Below, one piece after another: positions 1 through 11,214 of a DNA stretch of 35,082 bases (position 1 is its first letter; each line of letters starts with the position of its first letter). Made by a program: the position numbers and the translations under genes. The notes under the pieces are model-generated. The model was not told the DNA's origin. It saw only the letters and a list, made by a program, of their open reading frames with translations, and did no database searches. Source of the stretch: Octopus bimaculoides (taxonomy: Eukaryota); assembly GCF_001194135.2 (NCBI RefSeq), contig NC_069004.1:20908368-20943449 (forward strand). Reading direction: 5' to 3'.

Positions 1-39
<39 letters not shown>
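1..39. repeat. (GT)n microsatellite
   Basis: Direct reading. Confidence 0.98.
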
Positions 40-40
<1 letters not shown>

Positions 41-239
41 ATAGAGGCTGGTGACTTTGACATGTGGATGTGTGCATGAGTGCGTCTGTAATGTGTGGGT
101 ATGTGGATGATGATGTAGATGCTGGGAAGTGGTCAGTGCTAGTGTGCACGGAGTGGTGTGGGATGGTGTGATGTGGTGTGGCAGTGTGGGGATGTGAGGG
201 CGGAGTGGGTGAGGTGGAGGTGTGAGGTATATGGGAGTG

Positions 240-1310
240 AGATGTGCGGGGATGTGGTGCAAAGGAGCGAAGGGAGAGATTAATTCCTGTTCACAGGATG
301 GCCCCTCTGCAGAGACAATCCGAACACAGGCAGGTGGTGTAATGAATGACCGGTAGAGTGGAAATGGTGTGAGACTGAGGTTCGTTGCCAAGTCTAATGT
401 TTCGGAGGGGCTCCATGAACCAGTCATCAATATAACAACTGTATAGTTTGGGAGTGGGACCAGTGAATCTTGAAAATATTTGGGCTTCAATGTAGCCAAC
501 GAACAGATTTGCATAGTTGGGGTCCATTCTCATTCCCATTGCCACTCCCAAGATCTCTTGATAAAACTCTACCATGAACGAGAAGCAGTTGAGGAAGAGA
601 ATAAGTTTGGCCAAACGAAGAAGTGTGGACATGTCAGATTGAAGGTTAGGTCATAGGTCTAGGAAGTGTTTGAGTGCAAGAAGTCCTTTGTTGCATGGGA
701 TCACTGTATATAGACTCTTGATATCAAAAGTGAATAGAAGTTTAGAGGGGCCAGGAGGAAAGGAGAAAGAGTTGAAAAGATGGAGAGCATGGTTAGTGTT
801 TTGGATGTGGGAGGGGAGGGAAGCCACTAAGGGGCAAGGACACGGTCGAGGTATTTTGAGATCAGTTCTGTGGGATAATTACAGGTGGAGACGATGGGGC
901 AGCCAGGGTTGTTAGGCTTGTGGATTTTTGGAAGGAAGTAAATGGTGGAGGTGTGTGGAGTGTGGACAATAAGGTTGGAGGGAGACGGGAAGAGGAAATG
1001 AGGTCATGGATAGTGGAGGACACAGTGTGTTGGTAGCTAGGCACACCACTATGGCTCGACCCTTGTTGGCCAGTTTTATGGTAATGTCTTAGCAGTGTCA
1101 GAGACATCAAAGAGCTGAGAGTTTGGCTGGGGAAATGTTTAGATGTCAGGGACACCTGCAAAAGTTAAACAGGTTCACAACACATTGGCAGATGCCCGCA
1201 AAATGATTGACTTCTTGGAACTGGCCAGGAGCTGGCGTCCAGTAAGATGGTCGGCAGCCCAGGTCGGTGAAGCAGTTCTCTTCATTAGATGCAGGTGGAG
1301 GGTTATGGAA
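240..1310 (-). mobile_element. Penelope-like element (GIY-YIG type), decayed RT plus endonuclease C-terminus; 3' part of a PLE split by the HERO insertion
   Basis: Minus-strand frames give FHNPPP...WTP, a frameshifted PKIHKPNNPG-type region, LLRLAKLILFLNCFSF..FYQEILGVAMG.RMDPNYANLFVGYIE and YIDD. After an internal deletion come FMEPLRNIRLG and SHHFHSTGHSLHH. Multiple stops and frameshifts. Confidence 0.85.
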
Positions 1311-4300
1311 TACTGAAGAAACCACCTGAACCAAGGGTACTTTTCGATTTGAGTGACATCAAACGGAAAGAAATAGAGGAGTTCATAAAAAAAGCAAGAG
1401 CAAAAATTTCACCAGGGAACGACGGTGTGAGCTACAAGGTTTACAAGTATTGCCCGAAATTGCGTTTACAGTTATTTGCATTGATAAGAGAAATGTGGAA
1501 GAAGAAAGACGTAGCGGAGTGATGGTGTATAGCTGAAGGTATCTATTTACCTAAAGAGAAAGATGCGAAAACACTAGGACAATTTAGACCAATTTCATTA
1601 TTAAATACTGACGGGAAAATCATGTTTGGAATCATTGCTAGACGAATCATAAGATTCGTACAGCCCAACGGGTACGTTAATGAAGCAATCCAAAAAGCAG
1701 GAATCCCTGGGTGCATAGAACACACATTTGCCATCTGGGAAGCTATCACCTGTGCAAAACAACTGAAGAAAAACATGCACATTGTTTGGCTAGATCTTGC
1801 CAATGCGGTAATCAGAGCAGCGATGGACTTCTTTTGGATTCCAAAAGATGTTCAACGAATGCTCATGTCCNNNNNNNNNNNNNNNNNNNNNNNNNNNNNN
1901 NNNNNNNNNNNNNNNNNNNNNNNNNNNNNNNNNNNNNNNNNNNNNNNNNNNNNNNNNNNNNNNNNNNNNNNNNNNNNNNNNNNNNNNNNNNNNNNNNNNN
2001 NNNNNNNNNNNNNNNNNNNNNNNNNNNNNNNNNNNNNNNNNNNNNNNNNNNNNNNNNNNNNNNNNNNNNNNNNNNNNNNNNNNNNNNNNNNNNNNNNNNN
2101 NNNNNNNNNNNNNNNNNNNNNNNNNNNNNNNNNNNNNNNNNNNNNNNNNNNNNNNNNNNNNNNNNNNNNNNNNNNNNNNNNNNNNNNNNNNNNNNNNNNN
2201 NNNNNNNNNNNNNNNNNNNNNNNNNNNNNNNNNNNNNNNNNNNNNNNNNNNNNNNNNNNNNNNNNNNNNNNNNNNNNNNNNNNNNNNNNNNNNNNNNNNN
2301 NNNNNNNNNNNNNNNNNNNNNNNNNNNNNNNNNNNNNNNNNNNNNNNNNNNNNNNNNNNNNNNNNNNNNNNNNNNNNNNNNNNNNNNNNNNNNNNNNNNN
2401 NNNNNNNNNNNNNNNNNNNNNNNNNNNNNNNNNNNNNNNNNNNNNNNNNNNNNNNNNNNNNNNNNNNNNNNNNNNNNNNNNNNNNNNNNNNNNNNNNNNN
2501 NNNNNNNNNNNNNNNNNNNNNNNNNNNNNNNNNNNNNNNNNNNNNNNNNNAGGCAATTGACAGAACAACACTGCCGGGAAAATTCAAATGTTGGATACTG
2601 CAATTTGGACTGTACCCAAGGATAATGTGGCCATTGCAAATGTACGAAATAGCCTTGAGTAGAGTAGAAAGGATAGAACAAAGATGCAGTGTGTTTATCA
2701 GAAAATGGCTTGGTCTGCCGAAACCACTGAATACAACTGCACTATATGGAAAACCCGTGCTGCAACTACCAATAACATCGATCACCAAAGAATATAAAGC
2801 AGGAAAGGTGAGGACAGTAATGATGCTTAGGTATTCAAAAGATTAGAGCATCCGAGAAAACCCTCCAAAGGTACGAACAGGGAGGAAATGGAATGCAGAA
2901 GAGGCAGTAAACAGGGCAATCGGAATACTAAAACATGCCGATATAGTTGGAGCAACGCAAGAAACAAGAGCCGGCCTAGGAACGAGCAGTTTCAGGCCAT
3001 TTTGCAAGTACAGTGTAAAAGAGCTGAAAGAGGCAGTGATATACGAAGTGAGAAAGGAGGAAGAAGAAAGGAGGAAGAAGAAAGGCGGAATGTACATTTG
3101 GTGCAATGCAGTCAACAGGGGCAGTGCCTGAGATGGGAGGAAAACGTGGTCAGTCGCAGAATCTCATGGAAGGAACTTTGGGCTTGGGAACAAGCAAGAA
3201 CAGCCTTCCTGATCAAGTCTACCTTTGACGTTCNNNNNNNNNNNNNNNNNNNNNNNNNNNNNNNNNNNNNNNNNNNNNNNNNNNNNNNNNNNNNNNNNNN
3301 NNNNNNNNNNNNNNNNNNNNNNNNNNNNNNNNNNNNNNNNNNNNNNNNNNNNNNNNNNNNNNNNNNNNNNNNNNNNNNNNNNNNNNNNNNNNNNNNNNNN
3401 NNNNNNNNNNNNNNNNNNNNNNNNNNNNNNNNNNNNNNNNNNNNNNNNNNNNNNNNNNNNNNNNNNNNNNNNNNNNNNNNNNNNNNNNNNNNNNNNNNNN
3501 NNNNNNNNNNNNNNNNNNNNNNNNNNNNNNNNNNNNNNNNNNNNNNNNNNNNNNNNNNNNNNNNNNNNNNNNNNNNNNNNNNNNNNNNNNNNNNNNNNNN
3601 NNNNNNNNNNNNNNNNNNNNNNNNNNNNNNNNNNNNNNNNNNNNNNNNNNNNNNNNNNNNNNNNNNNNNNNNNNNNNNNNNNNNNNNNNNNNNNNNNNNN
3701 NNNNNNNNNNNNNNNNNNNNNNNNNNNNNNNNNNNNNNNNNNNNNNNNNNNNNNNNNNNNNNNNNNNNNNNNNNNNNNNNNNNNNNNNNNNNNNNNNNNN
3801 NNNNNNNNNNNNNNNNNNNNNNNNNNNNNNNNNNNNNNNNNNNNNNNNNNNNNNNNNNNNNNNNNNNNNNNNNNNNNNNNNNNNNNNNNNNNNNNNNNNN
3901 NNNNNNNNNNNNNNNNNNNNNNNNNNNNNNNNNNNNNNNNNNNNNNNNNNNNNNNNNNNNNNNNNNNNNNNNNNNNNNNNNNNNNNNNNNNNNNNNNNNN
4001 NNNNNNNNNNNNNNNNNNNNNNNNNNNNNNNNNNNNNNNNNNNNNNNNNNNNNNNNNNNNNNNNNNNNNNNNNNNNNNNNNNNNNNNNNNNNNNNNNNNN
4101 NNNNNNNNNNNNNNNNNNNNNNNNNNNNNNNNNNNNNNNNNNNNNNNNNNNNNNNNNNNNNGGAGAAGAGATATGAGAAACTAATCGAAGAGTGCAGAGA
4201 ACAGGGATGGACTGTTGAGTACTACCATCTGGCAGTGGGGGCTAGAGGCTTCATTGAAAGAAGCACTATTCAAGAGAAGATTTGCGTTTTCAAGCTCGGA

Positions 4301-4847
4301 ACTGAGAAAACTGATAAGGAGGATACAAGAGGCGGTCGAAAAAGCCAGCTTCTATATATGGCTGAAGTGGGAAGACCAAATATGGCTTGAAAGTCATAAC
4401 ATGCCGGCAGGAAAATAACATCACTAGGTGAGACAGGCTGACACTGAAGTGGCTTCGCTGATTGACAGGTGACGGTCTCAGTTAGTGCATGCGTGGGCTA
4501 AGATTACGTGCCCTACATTGTCAGTTAAAGTTTAGACAGTGTCACGTGACAACTTGCTGGGGCTACCTACTGGACCCTAGCAGCGGGTATAAAAAGGGGA
4601 ATTTGACAAGACAATCAGTCGGACGCTGACACTCGTTGATGCTGCATCGAAGAGGCCAGAGAATAGAAGAAAGAAGACATGCACCCAACACCAGAGCCGA
4701 AGACACCTCCGAAAGGGGAGGCCCTGCCACGTCAAAACGGTAGAGGAGTAGGGGCCGAAACCGGACGTGGTTCCTCCTAATGATGTCTTCAGCTAACTGG
4801 ATCCTATAAAGGAGCTGTTGTGGTAGCAGACCACGAAACATGGTTGA
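1311..4847 (+). mobile_element. 5'-truncated HERO-like (R2-group, RLE-type) non-LTR retrotransposon, disrupted, with two N gaps
   Basis: RT motifs SPGNDG, FRPISLLNTDGKI, QKAG.PGCIEH, VWLDLANA; thumb region RKWLGLP; RTGRKW; SWKELW..FLIKSTFDV; RLE C-terminus RYEKLIEECREQGW..AVGARGF. In-frame stops at 1520 and 2844, plus frameshifts. The 3' end is placed where PLE homology resumes. Confidence 0.85.
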
Positions 4848-5275
4848 AATTCCTGCCTGACGCAGCGCACAAGGCTATGAATATCAGCACGAGTCTGAAA
4901 TTCGTTACTGGATGGAGTGAGGGGGATGAAGCACAAAACCCTACTGAGAAGAGAGTGCTCCACCTCAGAGAGGAGAAGATCAAGAGGAATGGTAACAACA
5001 GACTGAAGTGGGGAGGGGTGGATGAGTTAGATGTGGGAGGCATGGTGGGGGTAGTGGAAGGTTGGGAGGGGAGATGGAGGGGTGAGGATAGTGGCATCGG
5101 GTATAACGGGATGAAAGAGTGAGTGGAGTTTACATTGTTTAGTGCAAGTGAGAAACTCATGGGAAAGATGATTTAAATGGATTATGTAGAGGGGAATGAG
5201 CACAGGAAGGTGAAAGAGAGGAGAACAAGATGGAATAAGCGAGAGGGAAAAGGTAGTTGAGGGTGTGTATTGTGG
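4848..5275 (-). mobile_element. Penelope-like element, 5' part (N-terminal ORF region)
   Basis: Minus frame SVVTIPLDLLLSEVEHSLLSRVLCFIPLTPSSNEFQTRADIHSLVRCVRQEF resembles the PLE pre-RT motif (LS.xE.SLLSKGL.F.P) and continues into FHNPPP at 1310. Confidence 0.7.
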
Positions 5276-5278
5276 GGA

Positions 5279-5612
5279 GCGGCACTTGTGCCAGTGGCAT
5301 GTGAAAAGTCATTTGAGCGAGATCGTTACCAGTGCCGTTGGACTAGCTCCTGTACAGGTGGCACGTAAAATACAGCATTTTGAGTGTGGCCGTTGCCAGT
5401 ACCGCCTGACTGGCCTCCGTACTGGTGGCACGTAAAAGCAACCAATACACTCTCGGAGTGGTTGGCGTTAGGAAGGGCATCCAGCTGTAGAAACTCTGCC
5501 AAATTAGATTGGAGCCTGGTGTAGCCATCTGGTTCACCAGTCCTCAGTCAAATCATCCAACCCATGCTAGCATGGAAAGCGGACGTTAAACGATGATGAT
5601 GATGATGATGAT
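5279..5612 (+). mobile_element. RTE LINE 3' UTR fragment with (GAT)n tail
   Basis: Homologous to 33240-33540 downstream of the RTE ORF (GGTGGCACGTAAAA units, TTAGGAAGGGCATCCAGCTGTAGAAA); ends in (GAT)7. Confidence 0.85.
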
Positions 5613-5659
5613 ACACACACACACATCTATATATATATATATATATATATAGATGTGTG

Positions 5660-5853
5660 TGTGCCTCTGTGCTTGTACCTCAACATCGCTTGACAACTGG
5701 TGTTGGTGCATTTATGTCCCTGTAGCTTGGTGGTTCAGCAAAAAAGGAACCAATAGAATAAGTACCAGGTTTAGTCAATTTTGACTAAAATTCTTCAAGG
5801 TGGGTGCCCCAACATGGTCACAATCTAATGAATGAAACAAACAAAAAATAAAG
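5660..5853 (+). mobile_element. SINE 3' half
   Basis: Matches 10640-10850, 23040-23235 and 27934-28020 (minus strand); ends GTGCCCCAACATGG..TAATGAATGAAAC plus an A-rich tail. Confidence 0.7.
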
Positions 5854-6343
5854 ATACACACATGCATGTATAAGTGTGTGTGTGTGTGTATACATACGTG
5901 TGTGTGTGTGTGTATACATACGTATATACAGCTATATATACATACATATATATATATACATGTATATACATCCACTTATACATATATATTCATGTTTGAA
6001 GCTATAGAGTTATATTGAAGCACTCAACTATGAGTGCATTGCACCTAATAGCAGAAATACATATTACCTAATGAAGTTCATGACATAATTTCTTATTCCT
6101 TTGTCATTCTAATTTCTTATTATGGCTCTGTACTTGACTGACGCGTCATCCAAGTTATTAGCACTGTAATGCCTGAGAAAATTAAACAAGTTTTTACTAT
6201 GGATTGTGTTATGGCTCTTATTTAAATTGATATTCACACAAAATTGTCTTATAAACAACTTTTCATGTGAGAATTTTGCTACATTGATAACAGGTACAAT
6301 ATTTTTACCAAATATTTGGTAGAGATCTAAATATAAAAATATG

Positions 6344-6393
<50 letters not shown>

Positions 6394-6551
6394 TTTATGT
6401 ATATATTAATATTATCTCAATTTTAAAAAAACCTTTGACAATGTAAATATGTTAATAGTTACCACAGGTAGCAAAAATTACACAAAAAACCAGGATATCA
6501 CAGCCGTCTTATAGGTAGAGATACCAAGTTGAAGTGATGCATTTTGAGAAG

Positions 6552-6751
6552 ATATGAATAATAACAATAAATGGAGCAAAACGCATATAAATAAAAGTTC
6601 TTTTCATTCCTACACATGTTTCAAAATATATGTGTGCTCTCCTCCAAAGAAGTAAGAGCTGCTGGAATTCCACATATATTCATCTTCAGGGAATCAACAT
6701 ATAAAAGCAAGAAAAATGCGAAATGATGAGGTAACTTACGAGCTAAGATGT
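6552..6751 (-). repeat. Left arm of ~200-bp inverted repeat (partner 7346-7544)
   Basis: Reverse complement aligns to 7346-7544 with roughly 8 differences by eye. Confidence 0.95.
6606..6694 (-). ncRNA. Type I hammerhead ribozyme-like motif, family A (minus copy)
   Basis: ATTCC-CTGAAGA-stem II (AATATATGTG/CACATATATT)-GAAAC-ATGT-GTA-GGAAT on the minus strand. Confidence 0.65.
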
Positions 6752-7345
6752 TACATGGCCAAGTAAGTGACCGTTAGAAGTAAGAACGCTTGTTTACATA
6801 GAGCTATAAAGGGAGGGGGCTGTAAACGTAATGCTAAAGGTTTAAATCAAATGATTAAAATGGGGGGAGGAGGGCAAAATAGATCACAGTAAAGTAAACT
6901 AAAAATCATAAGCTAATTGCTAAGTCAAAAATGGAGGAAGGGAGAGAACTAAGGGAGTTCATCAAATATAAAACATTTTCTACTTAAGGAAAAAACTAAT
7001 TACATACTTTATATGAAGTGAAGAAAGTAAATATAAAAATAAATAAAGCATCATAGCCTAGTAATATATTATATTATTATACAGATATTAACGCTAGTTA
7101 ATGGTAAAACAAGGTACAGGATATTTAGTGGAGAAATAATAATAATAATATGCACGCTTACAAGAAGATCGGAAATACTTAGTTGAAGTTACCGAAGGTA
7201 CGAGCAACAACCTGTGTGACATTACTAAGAAGAATTTACTTAACTAACTGTAGAAGGGGAAAATAAAGAACTAGTGGTGATTAAGGCAGAAATATATATA
7301 CATATATATATATATATATATGCACATATATATACATATATATAC

Positions 7346-7544
7346 ACATCTTAGCTCATAAGTTACCTCATCATTTTGCATTTGTCTTGCTTTTATATGT
7401 TGATTCCCTGAAGATGAATATATGTGGAATTCCAGCAGCTCTTACTTCTTTGGAGGAGTAACACATATATTTTGAAACATGTGTAGGAATTAAAGGAACT
7501 TTTATTTATATGCGTTTTGCTCCATTTATTGTTATTATTCATAT
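7346..7544 (+). repeat. Right arm of ~200-bp inverted repeat
   Basis: See 6552-6751. Confidence 0.95.
7403..7490 (+). ncRNA. Type I hammerhead ribozyme-like motif, family A (plus copy)
   Basis: Stem I ATTCC 7403-07 / GGAAT 7486-90; core CTGAAGA 7408-14; stem II 7417-26 / 7462-71; GAAA 7474-77; GTA cleavage triplet 7483-85. Confidence 0.65.
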
Positions 7545-7699
7545 ATATATATATATGTATATATACTTGGATCCCTGGATCATACATACCTATTACTATA
7601 CACATACATATACGCAACATTGATATATACACATAAACACACACACACACACACACATATATATGTACATATACACATACATATACACACATATATACA

Positions 7700-7844
7700 T
7701 GCACAGGTGTAGCTGTGTGGTTAAGATGCTTGCTTCCCATCCACTTGGTTTCATCTGGCACCTTAGACGAGTGTCACCAGAGGGTGACCAAAGCCTTGTG
7801 AGTGGATTTGGTAGGCAGAAAATAAAGAAGTCCAAGTGTACGTG

Positions 7845-7845
<1 letters not shown>
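7700..7845 (+). mobile_element. tRNA-derived SINE 5' part
   Basis: GCTGTGTGGTTAAG A-box-like head, then AAAGCCTTGTGAGTGGATTTGGTAG shared with other copies; followed by (GT)n. Confidence 0.7.
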
Positions 7846-7879
<34 letters not shown>

Positions 7880-7932
7880 CACTTGATAGTTGTAAATGAG
7901 TGTCACTGTTGTAAAAGCAGTGTCATTCATTT

Positions 7933-8282
7933 TCAATCATCATCATTTAGCACGTGTTTCCCATGCTGGCATGGGTTAGACAGTTTGACTGGGACTGGCA
8001 AGCTGGAGAGTTGTACCAGGCTCCAACCTACTTGGTTTCTCCAGCTGGATGCCCTTCCTGATGCCAACCACTCCACAAGTGTAGTAGATGCCTTCAACGT
8101 GTCACTGGCACTGGCCACAACTATGATTTCATTTGGCTTGACGTGTCTTCTCAAAGGTCTTGATCACTTGTCATCACCTCTGTAAGACTCAACATCCTAG
8201 GATCATGCTTCACCACCTTGTCCATGTCTTCCTGGGTCTACCTCTCCCACAGGTTCCCTCCACAGTTAGCGATTGGCACTTA
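7933..8282 (-). mobile_element. RTE LINE 3' end fragment
   Basis: Reverse complement gives the GR.RPRKTW C-terminus, the shared 3' UTR and the (GAT)n tail. Confidence 0.8.
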
Positions 8283-8364
8283 AACATGTCTAGCTATGGA
8301 GAAATATTATCTTGCTTGGAAATGGTTGAAGTCTAGTGACAAGAAGTGAACACACACACATCTC

Positions 8365-8467
<103 letters not shown>

Positions 8468-9321
8468 TGTGAGCGGCAGTGGTGTCAATGAGACCCAAAG
8501 ATGTATGTATGTATGCAAGGTATATATACCTGCATGTACAGAGGTGATAATACATACAGATACATGTATATATGGGTGTGCATATACATATGAGTACGAG
8601 TTGTATATGTAGATATTGATATGTATAAACATCTGTATAAATATATATATACATGTCTAATATCTACACATGTATACATCTTCACATATATTTTCTTCTA
8701 TTACTAGCACTGACCTGTCCAACCACCTAAATTCCTAAATTCTTCATTCCATACTACTCTCTGCCCCATCACTTAGACTCTATCACTACACAATTGACAC
8801 TCCTTTACTTTTTACACCTCTCTCTCTCTATCACCCCCCCCCCATTCCTTCTATCTTTTTACACTCTCATACCTTTCTCTCTCTATCACCATTATCTCCC
8901 TATTCCTACTTTCAAATTATATCTGGACTGACCACTAACTGGTACACTTTCTCTTATTATCTCTATCCTTGTTTTTCTTTTTTCTTTCTTTTCTTTATTC
9001 CTCTTATTATTTTTCTTCACTTTCTTTATTCCTGTTTTCGATTTGACCTTACTAATACATCCCCTACTTTTAGGTCACTTTAAATAAAACCCTTGATTCA
9101 ATAACACTGTGTATAAACTCTATACTTGGAATGACCAATTTTAAAGACTATTGGATTTTACTCATGAGGTATTGGAATCTTATATGTATACCATTCTGCC
9201 TAAATAATGAATCTGCAAATACAATATCCCTGCATATCTCACATCTATCTTCGTTCTTCCACTTCACTCTCTATTTCATATCTTATCTAAATTAACTATT
9301 GCTTAACCATCTCCTTACACC

Positions 9322-9369
9322 GTCTCCGATGAAGGGATATAATAAATATCCTGGAAACAGCTGTAAGAC
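9322..9369 (+). ncRNA. Type I hammerhead-like motif, family B (U4C core change)
   Basis: GTCT-CCGATGA-AGGGATAT/ATATCCTG-GAAAC-AGCT-GTA-AGAC. Confidence 0.6.
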
Positions 9370-10202
9370 CTATTCATAAATGTTCACATTACGAAAAGTT
9401 ATTTTTATATATATATATATATNNNNNNNNNNNNNNNNNNNNNNNNNNNNNNNNNNNNNNNNNNNNNNNNNNNNNNNNNNNNNNNNNNNNNNNNNNNNNN
9501 NNNNNNNNNNNNNNNNNNNNNNNNNNNNNNNNNNNNNNNNNNNNNNNNNNNNNNNNNNNNNNNNNNNNNNNNNNNNNNNNNNNNNNNNNNNNNNNNNNNN
9601 NNNNNNNNNNNNNNNNNNNNNNNNNNNNNNNNNNNNNNNNNNNNNNNNNNNNNNNNNNNNNNNNNNNNNNNNNNNNNNNNNNNNNNNNNNNNNNNNNNNN
9701 NNNNNNNNNNNNNNNNNNNNNNNNNNNNNNNNNNNNNNNNNNNNNNNNNNNNNNNNNNNNNNNNNNNNNNNNNNNNNNNNNNNNNNNNNNNNNNNNNNNN
9801 NNNNNNNNNNNNNNNNNNNNNNNNNNNNNNNNNNNNNNNNNNNNNNNNNNNNNNNNNNNNNNNNNNNNNNNNNNNNNNNNNNNNNNNNNNNNNNNNNNNN
9901 NNNNNNNNNNNNNNNNNNNNNNNNNNNNNNNNNNNNNNNNNNNNNNNNNNNNNNNNNNNNNNNNNNNNNNNNNNNNNNNNNNNNNNNNNNNNNNNNNNNN
10001 NNNNNNNNNNNNNNNNNNNNNNNNNNNNNNNNNNNNNNNNNNNNNNNNNNNNNNNNNNNNNNNNNNNNNNNNNNNNNNNNNNNNNNNNNNNNNNNNNNNN
10101 NNNNNNNNNNNNNNNNNNNNNNNNNNNNNNNNNNNNNNNNNNNNNNNNNNNNNNNNNNNNNNNNNNNNNNNNNNNNNNNNNNNNNNNNNNNNNNNNNNNA
10201 GA

Positions 10203-10239
<37 letters not shown>

Positions 10240-10271
10240 TACATATACATACATGCACACACACACACATA

Positions 10272-10422
10272 TGCATGGCTGTGTGGTAAGACACTTGCTA
10301 TCCACCCACATGATTCCTGGTTCAGTCCCACTGCATGGAACATTGGGCAAGTGTCGTCTACTATAGCCTCAAGCCAACCAAACCCTTGTCAGTGGATTTG
10401 GTAGATGGAAACTGAAAGAAAC
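10272..10422 (+). mobile_element. tRNA-derived SINE 5' part
   Basis: GGCTGTGTGGTAAG (A box) ... GGTTCAGTCCC (B box) ... TTGGGCAAGTGTC. Confidence 0.75.
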
Positions 10423-10534
10423 AAGTAGTATACATGAAGGTTCTGCAATTTCTTGCTGAACATCCTACACAGGTGCACAATGTGCCATATGTTAGATGAC
10501 AAAATGATGGCATGGCAGAGCAACATGAAATGAA

Positions 10535-10620
10535 GTCAAGAGTACAACACAATGCTCGGTCTGGGAATCAAAACCATGGCCTTGCAATCGTGAGTGCAAT
10601 ACCCTAACCACTAAGGCATG
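10535..10620 (-). mobile_element. tRNA-derived SINE head of a second family
   Basis: Minus strand TTAGTGGTTAGG ... GGTTTTGATTCCCAGACC; similar to 34060-34140. Confidence 0.55.
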
Positions 10621-10639
10621 TTCTTTCATGTATATGTGT

Positions 10640-10850
10640 GAATATCCCCTTGTTTGTTTCCCAAACACCACTTGACAAAGTGTTGGTGTGCTCATGTTCC
10701 CATAACATAGCAATTCAGCAAAAGAGACCAACAGAACAAATACTAAGCTTTAAAAAATATATACTAAGTCCTGAGGTTGATTTGTTTGACTACAACCTTT
10801 TAAGGTATTGCTGCAGTCCAATGACTGTAACAAATAAAAGATAAAAGATA
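10640..10850 (+). mobile_element. SINE 3' half
   Basis: Homologous to 5660-5853 and 23040-23235. Confidence 0.7.
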
Positions 10851-11214
10851 CGCACATACACAGACACAGAGTTGAGCCATCTGCCGCTGAGGTGATCTAA
10901 CAAGACCAAAAGTATCCATTGCTATCAACCAATTTCTACTAAGGCAAAACCAAAGCTAAATTGCATTGTCCTAACTTTCCAAAATCTTGCATCAACTGAC
11001 ATTGTAGGAATTATCTCCCTTGTTCGCTTGTCTTCTGATTCGAACAGACTTTCCCTCCCAACTACCTCCCTGAACTCTAAAGAGAGTATTTGTCTTTGAA
11101 TTGTGAAAATAATCCCAATTGATTGAAGTTTTCCACTCATGATATTAAATCTGTGAGACTTTGCTGTATATTACATCATGCAGGACACTATGTATTTTTC
11201 CTTACTAGTTGATA

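Noticed and set aside
4540-4680. Possible solo LTR (TGTCACG...TATAAAA...GACA)
   Set aside because: No target-site duplication and no second copy, PBS or PPT.
4745-4790. Possible type II hammerhead in the HERO 3' UTR (GAAAC...CTAATGA)
   Set aside because: No room for a stem I hairpin, weak stem II and a G5A core change; kept only as a possible conserved motif.
10870-11180. Non-repetitive-looking segment with a 71-aa minus ORF
   Set aside because: No recognisable motif or splice structure; the length is within chance.
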